Virus record (IMG/VR): IMGVR_UViG_3300033520_000026
Location: 113,114 to 133,113 of that record
Reading direction: 5' to 3' (one strand)
Source: an uncultured virus (IMG/VR IMGVR_UViG_3300033520_000026)
Taxonomy: Duplodnaviria > Heunggongvirae > Uroviricota > Caudoviricetes
Length of the DNA: 20,000 nucleotides
Translations under genes and position numbers: made by a program
In this document: piece after piece, positions 15,701 through 20,000 of the stretch
Layout of the letters: each line of letters starts with the position of its first letter
How positions within the stretch are numbered: position 1 is the first letter of the stretch
The notes under the pieces: model-generated
The model's database searches: none
Seen by the model: only the letters and a program-made list of their open reading frames with translations
What the model was told of the DNA's origin: nothing

Positions 15701-15898
15701 ATGGATAACGGGCAGGTGGACGAGGGGGTTTTGGCGACTGGTGGCTACTGCCACAAGAGGGTCGCAGGGTGTTTCTGTGCGGTGGGCTGGCCGGTGGAGC
15801 GCCAGTGTCCAAAGTGCCGGGATCTGTGGGTAGAGGGGGCGTTCCGGTTCTCGTACTGCGTCTGTCCGCCCGATGATGATGAGAGGGAAAAGCCATGA
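15701..15898 (+). CDS. Small Cys-rich protein
   Basis: 7 Cys in 65 aa; coupled to the next ORF. Confidence 0.55.
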   Translation: MDNGQVDEGVLATGGYCHKRVAGCFCAVGWPVERQCPKCRDLWVEGAFRFSYCVCPPDDDEREKP

Positions 15899-16152
15899 AG
15901 AAGGTGCGACGAGTGTGGGCAACAAATATGGTTGCGACCAGTGTTGAGACCGAAATGACCATCAACGGGCAGAAGGTATGGAAGCGGTTGAGCTGTCCAT
16001 TGTCTCATTCCGCTGGGGACGTGGACTACTGCGGAGAGTGGTGCGCCTGGTTCAATGTGGAGATGATCCGGGGCGAACTCGGGGTGCCAGATCGGGAGGT
16101 CGTCACTTGCAAGGGGACGCCCATAGGGGAGATTGTCGAGGGCAAGTCATGA
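15895..16152 (+). CDS. Hypothetical protein (CP...C..WCAWF)
   Basis: ATGA-coupled; SD GAGGGA. Confidence 0.65.
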   Translation: MKKVRRVWATNMVATSVETEMTINGQKVWKRLSCPLSHSAGDVDYCGEWCAWFNVEMIRGELGVPDREVVTCKGTPIGEIVEGKS

Positions 16153-16358
16153 GCCAGAGTATCCAGTGGGCGCGGCGGTGCGGGGCGTGCAGGCACTGGC
16201 AGGCGACTGTGCATCCGGTGGGTGGCGAGTGTACGGCAGACGTGCCGTTCTGGGTGGACGAGGCCGGGGGCATGCAGCGGGAGGCGCGGTTCGTGGCGAG
16301 GGATGAGGTGCGGGCGACGGGGTGTGACAAGTTCACGCCGACGTTCGCGCATAGATGA
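16149..16358 (+). CDS. Small Cys protein (CxxCxHW...C...C)
   Basis: ATGA-coupled start at 16149, within ORF 15978-16358. Confidence 0.6.
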   Translation: MSQSIQWARRCGACRHWQATVHPVGGECTADVPFWVDEAGGMQREARFVARDEVRATGCDKFTPTFAHR

Positions 16359-16374
16359 ACCATAAGGAGCAAAA

Positions 16375-16584
16375 ATGAGCGGCACGTTGAAGTACCATTT
16401 GGACAATGCCACGGCAGTATTCGGGGAAGACAGTCCTGCCGTTGCTTTTCTCAAAGAGAAGATCGCCGAGCAGGGTGATGATGAAGAGGTCATCGCGGAT
16501 GAGTCGCAACTCATCGCGGCGTTGTTTTCCATTCACAATCAATCTCAGTCTGGGCAAGAGTTGACTGTGGAGGCGGAGCCATGA
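16375..16584 (+). CDS. Hypothetical protein
   Basis: SD TAAGGAG; 69 aa. Confidence 0.7.
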   Translation: MSGTLKYHLDNATAVFGEDSPAVAFLKEKIAEQGDDEEVIADESQLIAALFSIHNQSQSGQELTVEAEP

Positions 16585-16763
16585 GTGATGAACTAATTGA
16601 AAATTCCATTTTGTTTTTCGTTGGTGATCCAAGCAAAGAGGCGCTGCGGATCTGTGCGGATGGCAAGTTTTTCGTGTATGGGCGGGAGGTCACGCAGGAT
16701 CGAGAGGTATACGAGGGTTTCGTGAGATTTTTGAAGGAAAGCGGCCACTACAAGAAGGAGTAG
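16581..16763 (+). CDS. Hypothetical protein
   Basis: ATGA-coupled; 60 aa. Confidence 0.65.
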   Translation: MSDELIENSILFFVGDPSKEALRICADGKFFVYGREVTQDREVYEGFVRFLKESGHYKKE

Positions 16764-16765
16764 CC

Positions 16766-16978
16766 ATGAGTAAGTGGAAGATCGAGGCGAGCGCGGTGGT
16801 GAGTTTGCGGTTTGATGTGGAAGCAGAGGATGAGGACGAGGCCAATGACAAGGCTCTCGAACTTGCGAAGCAGATCCGGGGGACCATGAAGGGCGGACTC
16901 TCCGTGCCTACCGGGGTGCATCTTGGGTGGCCGGGCGCGGATACTCTGACCTGGGAAGATACCGAAGAGGGTGGATGA
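16766..16978 (+). CDS. Hypothetical protein (VEAEDEDEA motif)
   Basis: SD AAGGAG. The V-E-A-x-x-x-x-E-A pattern is common in small phage proteins. Confidence 0.65.
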   Translation: MSKWKIEASAVVSLRFDVEAEDEDEANDKALELAKQIRGTMKGGLSVPTGVHLGWPGADTLTWEDTEEGG

Positions 16979-17244
16979 TGAAGTTCGGGACGAAGTTTTG
17001 GCTGCGCCGGGGGTCCATGTTTCGCCATGCTGGAGTAGGGAGAGCGCGGTTCGTGGCGGCGCGGTTGCTATTTTGCCGGGGAGAGCAGGTGTACGCGGAG
17101 TTGCTAGAGGACGATCCGGGGACGGACGATGCGAAGACGTGTCACGCGGGACAGCGGGGGTGGTGGAGTCGGACATCCGTATCCCTTTGGGAGGACGAGC
17201 GCCCGAAAGCGCATGCTGGGAACTACATCAGCTATGACTTTTAA
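16975..17244 (+). CDS. Hypothetical protein
   Basis: ATGA-coupled start at 16975; ends 3 nt before operator copy 4. Confidence 0.55.
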   Translation: MMKFGTKFWLRRGSMFRHAGVGRARFVAARLLFCRGEQVYAELLEDDPGTDDAKTCHAGQRGWWSRTSVSLWEDERPKAHAGNYISYDF

Positions 17245-17247
17245 CCG

Positions 17248-17263
17248 GCGAACCCAGGTTCGC
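17248..17263. promoter_or_regulatory. Palindromic operator copy 4 (GCGAACCCAGGTTCGC)
   Basis: 16/16 identical to copy 1. Intergenic and followed by TGGACG (weakly -35-like). Confidence 0.85.
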
Positions 17264-17299
17264 GTGGACGCGGGCAACTATCTGTTGAAAGGGTGAAAT

Positions 17300-17620
17300 G
17301 TGATGACGAGTGCAACATTAGAAGGCAATAGCAGGATATTTCTCAGGAGTGCTTCGTCTCTTCATGGAATTATTAGGGTCACACGGTGTGAGACGCCGCC
17401 AACGATGCTGTTCGTGATGCTCGATGACCCAAAGTGCAAGGATGAGTCACTCGATCTGAGGACGCCTCAGATCAACATCGAGCAGTACGTGCGGGTGTCT
17501 AAGTTGCCGAAGGATATGCAGGAGGCGATTCGGTCGTACGTGTTGAGCCATGCGGATCTCAAAATAGAACGAGCGTTGTTGCACCCACATACATTGCTTG
17601 AGCTGGAGGAGAAGCCATGA
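17300..17620 (+). CDS. Hypothetical protein
   Basis: 106-aa ORF after operator 4; SD AAAGGG. Confidence 0.6.
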   Translation: MMTSATLEGNSRIFLRSASSLHGIIRVTRCETPPTMLFVMLDDPKCKDESLDLRTPQINIEQYVRVSKLPKDMQEAIRSYVLSHADLKIERALLHPHTLLELEEKP

Positions 17621-18081
17621 AGGTGATGTTCACGTTAGAGTTTTCCGATGACGAACGGATGGCGATAGCGCATGAGCGTGGTGATATAGAGTTGGGGTCA
17701 CGGGATGGTGTGCCGAGTTTGGCGTCACGGGAGAGCGTGCAGAATTGGGCACGGCGGAAGATCGAGGCGGCCATATACGGATTGGTTCAAGAGTACCTGG
17801 CGAAACAGAATCTTGAGAATGAGGAATTGATCCAGGTTTCTGATTTGAAGATCGAACGGTGGCGGTCCACTGCCAGCGTGGCCGATCCCCCCAATGCTGT
17901 GCGCATCCTGCATGTGCCGTCTCGGATTGTGGTGGAGAGCAGTGAGCGTGTCCCTTTCCTTGAGAACCGGCGATGTGCGATGGCCAAGTTACGGGAGCGG
18001 CTGGCCGAGGAGAAGGCTGGGATGTGCCCGATCTGCCATTATCCGGTGAACAGCGGCCCATGCCAGAGGCTTCATCCATGA
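17617..18081 (+). CDS. Protein with a class I release factor (RF-1/PTH) domain lacking GGQ, plus a C-terminal CxxC..C..H
   Basis: DLKIERWRS...NAVRILHVPSRIVVESSE.....NRRCAMAKLRERL aligns with RF1 [54 protein letters not shown]. Confidence 0.7.
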   Translation: MKVMFTLEFSDDERMAIAHERGDIELGSRDGVPSLASRESVQNWARRKIEAAIYGLVQEYLAKQNLENEELIQVSDLKIERWRSTASVADPPNAVRILHVPSRIVVESSERVPFLENRRCAMAKLRERLAEEKAGMCPICHYPVNSGPCQRLHP

Positions 18082-18314
18082 GAGTGACCTTGGCGTTCGA
18101 TCTTGGCGATGTCGTCATCGGGATGGACGAGCATAGGAAATTGGACCTCTGTTTGCGGGCAGAGGCAATGCACGGTCTGCTTCTGGAGTTAGACGAGCGT
18201 TTGCGCACGCGGGAGAAGCATGTGTTGTTGTCTATTGCGACGTTGGACGAGATCGGGGAGTTGCGGACGTGGCTGTTGAACGAGATACAGGAGAGGACGA
18301 TTCCATGGGAGTAA
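18078..18314 (+). CDS. Hypothetical protein
   Basis: ATGA-coupled start at 18078. Confidence 0.65.
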   Translation: MRVTLAFDLGDVVIGMDEHRKLDLCLRAEAMHGLLLELDERLRTREKHVLLSIATLDEIGELRTWLLNEIQERTIPWE

Positions 18315-18323
18315 AGAAAGGAA

Positions 18324-18605
18324 TTGGCACCCGTATGCAAGAGGTTGGTAGACCTTGCATCGGGTGCGGTTGACTTCTGTTGTAGAAAAGCGCCGTGCGT
18401 TTATGGGACGTGTGATCCGGGCCAGGACTGCAAGCATTTGTTCTGGGATGGGCAGCGGTGGCGGTGCCACTTGATTGCGATGAGCCCGCCCCATGCAGAG
18501 GCACTCTACGCGGGCGAGGGGTGCTGTTGCGGGCTGAATACTTTTCAACGAGAGGGGCGTGTGCCAACGCCGGTCGAGGTCGAAGAGATGAGGAAACGAC
18601 GATGA
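18324..18605 (+). CDS. Cys-rich protein (possible Zn/Fe-S binder)
   Basis: FCCRKAPCVYG.C....C..L.W....WRC.L......GEGCCC. TTG start after AAGGA. Confidence 0.6.
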   Translation: MAPVCKRLVDLASGAVDFCCRKAPCVYGTCDPGQDCKHLFWDGQRWRCHLIAMSPPHAEALYAGEGCCCGLNTFQREGRVPTPVEVEEMRKRR

Positions 18606-18829
18606 CACAAGAGGAGCAGAAGCGGTATCGGACGCTGATCGAGCGCTGGCAGGCCGAGCAGGGCGAGCAGAACGGGATCTATGCCGTGCTGGCCGGGTTC
18701 GAGAAGGCGCTCAAGGCGCACGATGACGAGTTGGCGGACTGGTACGAGGCAGCGGACGTGGACTTGCAACTCAAGCTGTACGGGTGGGTGGTGTGGCTCC
18801 TGGAAGAGCAGGCGAAGGGTGCGAAATGA
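18602..18829 (+). CDS. Hypothetical protein
   Basis: ATGA-coupled; SD GAGGA. Confidence 0.65.
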   Translation: MTQEEQKRYRTLIERWQAEQGEQNGIYAVLAGFEKALKAHDDELADWYEAADVDLQLKLYGWVVWLLEEQAKGAK

Positions 18830-19038
18830 ATGTCGATTTCAACGGGCTACGGCGCCACATTGCGGAGAGCTACAACCGGCTCGTTGGCGCGTTGACGACG
18901 CCGGAGCAGCGGGAGATGGCGGCGGACCTTGGCAACGAGATTGCGGGGCTGCTGGCGATCCATGACGACGGGGAGATCCCAGCCTGTGATCTGTCCGATG
19001 ATGTCACGTTGGTGGACCCGTTCCAGGAGGAGTCATGA
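18826..19038 (+). CDS. Hypothetical protein
   Basis: ATGA-coupled start at 18826. Confidence 0.65.
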   Translation: MNVDFNGLRRHIAESYNRLVGALTTPEQREMAADLGNEIAGLLAIHDDGEIPACDLSDDVTLVDPFQEES

Positions 19039-19161
19039 TCGGGATCGCCACGAGAGTATTTTCTGGATGGGCGACGGGCCAAAGGATACATTGAGCACGC
19101 ACTTCGAGGCGTGCCGAGCGCTGCGACAGACGGGGAAGATCGACGACGAGGACGGTGACGG

Positions 19162-19374
19162 ATGAAGGCGTTATTTCTCTGGCGTGATGGGATGCGGGAT
19201 CAGTGCGAGGTCATGGTGCCGCTGTTGCCGGTGTACCGGCGTGCGATCCGGGAGCCCTTCGTGCCGCCTTGCACGATAGAAGAGGCGAAGTCTTTCAAGA
19301 AGAGCCGCGCGGCGAGCTTTCGCCTGGTGCGGTTTCGGGACGGATCTTTTCAGTACAATGAGGTGGCTGGATAG
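19162..19374 (+). CDS. Hypothetical protein
   Basis: 70-aa ORF ending just before the next promoter. Confidence 0.6.
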   Translation: MKALFLWRDGMRDQCEVMVPLLPVYRRAIREPFVPPCTIEEAKSFKKSRAASFRLVRFRDGSFQYNEVAG

Positions 19375-19377
19375 CGG

Positions 19378-19446
19378 TTGACGAACGCCGCGAAAGGCGC
19401 TAAGCCAGTCCCTTGAGATGCCCGGCGGGATGCCGAGGCCCGGAGG
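19378..19446 (+). promoter_or_regulatory. Promoter plus 5'-leader hairpin and SD (class B, copy d)
   Basis: TTGACG (19378-19383), 17-bp spacer, TAAGCC (19401-19406). Hairpin GCC-CGGCG-GGA-TGCCG-A-GGC at 19420-19439, then GGAGG at 19442-19446. Confidence 0.55.
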
Positions 19447-19451
19447 CGATC

Positions 19452-20000
19452 ATGACTGCGGATGGACCACTGCGCGAACGAGGATCTCTCTACACGGTGC
19501 CTGACGACGTGGTGGGAGAGGAACGCATTTACGGCATGTTCAAGGACCAGAGTATTTTGGGCTACCCATGCGACATCGAGTGCAGCCGGGTAGATGACTG
19601 CGATCCAAGTGTTCAGGACATCTTTGGGTTCGACATGGTGACGCGGGGGGACAGCGCGATCCATGTGAGCGGGCTTGATCCTTTCGGGCGCAAGACGGGG
19701 CCGGGGTTCATTCGCGCCCTCGGGCGGCAGCAGATCCACTGGCAGTTGCCGAGCCACATCGAGTCCCCGCCGAGTGGGCTGGGATGTCGCGGCCCCGAGG
19801 TGGGCATCATCGTGACCTGGGACGCGGATGCGGCGGGCAGCGGGCATCGGTCGGACGTCTGGCAGCATCACGTCTTCTGGAGCGCGCCGAAGAGCTTCCT
19901 CACGCTGCGGGGCGTGCATCGCTGGTGGCGCAACCAGGGCATGGGCGACTTCAGCGTGGGTGACCTCGCTGCGCGCCTGGACGCGGGCCGGAAATCCTAC
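19452..20000 (+). CDS. Hypothetical protein, 3'-truncated by the window edge (not in the ORF track)
   Basis: ATG 19452 follows GGAGG. Open for 183 codons (MTADGPLRERGSLYTVPDD...) to the window end. Confidence 0.7.
   Translation, partial: MTADGPLRERGSLYTVPDDVVGEERIYGMFKDQSILGYPCDIECSRVDDCDPSVQDIFGFDMVTRGDSAIHVSGLDPFGRKTGPGFIRALGRQQIHWQLPSHIESPPSGLGCRGPEVGIIVTWDADAAGSGHRSDVWQHHVFWSAPKSFLTLRGVHRWWRNQGMGDFSVGDLAARLDAGRKSY

Noticed and set aside
27..17263. Palindrome copies as a CRISPR array or REP/MITE family
   Set aside because: The copies are kilobases apart, only 14-16 bp long, with no spacers, target duplications or cas genes.

Overview
GC-rich, densely packed and essentially all + strand segment that looks like a tailed-phage or prophage genome. 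No host housekeeping operon, tRNA, rRNA or CRISPR array was seen. Bases 1-10.4 kb are a DNA replication/recombination module: a KhpA-like KH protein, a putative initiator, a DnaC-like loader, DnaB, a gp32-like Zn-binding SSB, an HNH nuclease, an SF2 helicase, a MerR-like HTH protein, RecA/UvsX with a Cys-rich insert, and a Holliday-junction resolvase. Bases 10.4-20 kb are about 28 short, mostly translationally coupled accessory ORFs. These include a spermidine-synthase-like SAM-dependent transferase, a solo catalytically intact TnpB with IS607-like ends preceded by an unannotated 31-aa CxxC peptide, and a release-factor-domain protein lacking GGQ. The clearest unexplained structure is regulatory. 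(i) An invariant 14-bp palindrome, CGAACCCAGGTTCG (GAAC-N4-GTTC, LexA-box-like), occurs four times, only in non-coding positions. (ii) Four other TTGAC(A/G) promoters each lead into a related G.U-closed GA-loop hairpin directly before the Shine-Dalgarno. This suggests two promoter classes and possibly a phage-encoded post-transcriptional layer. All protein calls come from motif recognition by eye; no database searches were run.
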